Positions 63,222-64,000 of a DNA stretch of 64,000 nucleotides are shown here, one piece after another (the first letter of the stretch is position 1; each line of letters starts with the position of its first letter). The translations under genes and the position numbers were made by a program. Source of the stretch: Blastocatellia bacterium (lineage in GTDB: Bacteria; Acidobacteriota; Blastocatellia; UBA7656); the NCBI GenBank assembly GCA_035249305.1, contig DATFGQ010000039.1:21305-85304 (forward strand). Direction: 5' to 3'. Under the pieces are notes generated by a model. That model saw only the letters and a list, made by a program, of their open reading frames with translations, did no database searches and was not told where the DNA came from.

Positions 63222-64000
63222 TCAATCGTGCCGCGCAAGCCTTCTTCGATCGGCACGCTCTGGCTGTAGCCGAGCTCGCGTTTCGCGCGCTCGATCGAGC
63301 AGCCCCACGATACCTGTGAGAGGTCGCGGACCTTGTCGCGGTTGATCACGGGCGGCTTCCCGAACAGCGCCGCGCCCGCTTCGGCCGCGACCGCGACCCC
63401 GAAGGCGAGCGAGCGAGGAATGGCGAGCGTGCGGACGCGGCGCTCGAAAATCTTCGCGAGCATCTCGGTGATCCGTCGTACTGAATAGACCTCTTCGCTG
63501 GAGATAAAGTAAGCCCTCCCGGTCGAGGCTTCGCTTTCGCCGGCCAGTATTATGCCGTCGGCCAGGTCGTGCGCGTGGACGAGGCTCACCTTCTTGTCAT
63601 AGCGCCCTATCGTCGGCGACAGCCCGCGCGCTATGGCTTTGAACAACTCGTAGAGCGCGTAATCGCGCGGGCCGTAAACGGCGGGCGGGCGGACGATGGT
63701 CACGGGCAACAGGTCCTGCACGGTCCTGACGGCCTCTTCACCCATCAGCTTGCTGCGGCCGTAAGGCGTGATGGGGTTGGGCGGCGTGTCTTCGTTTACG
63801 ATCTCGCCTTCGCGCGCGGGGCCGATGGCCGCAAGCGAGCTGATCTGCACGAACTTCTTTATGCGGTCGCGCCGCTTTAGCGCCGCGCCGACTATGGCTT
63901 CGGTGCCGCGGTGGTTGACGCGGAAATAATCATCCTTGCGGCGTGCGAACGTAACCCCCGCGACATGATAGATGGTCTCGACGCCTTCTAAAGCTTCGTC
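63194..64000 (-). CDS. NAD-dependent epimerase/dehydratase family protein (partial; N-terminus beyond window end)
   Basis: The reading frame continues upstream of the ORF-track GTG to the window edge (hand-translated ...VETIYHVAGVTFARRKDDYFRVNHRGTEAIVGAALKRRDRIKKFVQISSLAAIGP...). YxxxK region PYGRSKL. Confidence 0.7.
   Translation of the reverse strand, partial: DEALEGVETIYHVAGVTFARRKDDYFRVNHRGTEAIVGAALKRRDRIKKFVQISSLAAIGPAREGEIVNEDTPPNPITPYGRSKLMGEEAVRTVQDLLPVTIVRPPAVYGPRDYALYELFKAIARGLSPTIGRYDKKVSLVHAHDLADGIILAGESEASTGRAYFISSEEVYSVRRITEMLAKIFERRVRTLAIPRSLAFGVAVAAEAGAALFGKPPVINRDKVRDLSQVSWGCSIERAKRELGYSQSVPIEEGLRGTIDWYKQEGWL

Overview
This is a 64 kb chromosomal window from a high-GC (about 65%) soil-type bacterium. 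Gene content points to Acidobacteriota or a related phylum: TonB-dependent receptors with an N-terminal carboxypeptidase-regulatory-like domain, many secreted peptidases, and two ECF sigma/anti-sigma pairs. Coding density is high, with about 60 CDS and no rRNA, tRNA or CRISPR. Confidently recognised genes include:
- A PlsC-type acyltransferase and a PhoD-like phosphatase.
- Two TonB-dependent receptors.
- An S9 peptidase, an M16 peptidase pair, an S46 dipeptidyl-peptidase and a tricorn-like protease.
- A NpmA/KamB-like 16S rRNA methyltransferase.
- An XPB-like helicase adjacent to a Bax1-like nuclease.
- A subclass-B3-like metallo-beta-lactamase.
- MsrA, cystathionine beta-synthase, dodecin, and a UvrD-family helicase.
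Accessory-looking content falls into three groups:
- Three families of mosaic, palindromic intergenic repeat elements occupy many intergenic gaps. They are built from short GTA/TAC-triloop hairpins joined by conserved linkers and are MITE/BIME-like.
- Two near-identical ~310 bp copies of one repeat family sit in direct orientation around a TonB-receptor cassette.
- Two clearly lower-GC islets each encode a Rossmannoid TIR-like or nucleoside-deoxyribosyltransferase-like protein with an (N)xxxELGxFxG signature. One (38330-39526) is an orphan gene. The other (20641-21255) lies directly upstream of, and co-oriented with, the XPB/Bax1 pair. These are the best candidates for a defence-type or otherwise undescribed system.
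Several ORF-track starts were moved to internal ATGs that have signal peptides or ribosome-binding sites. All calls rest on reading the sequence and recalling family motifs, and no database searches were run.
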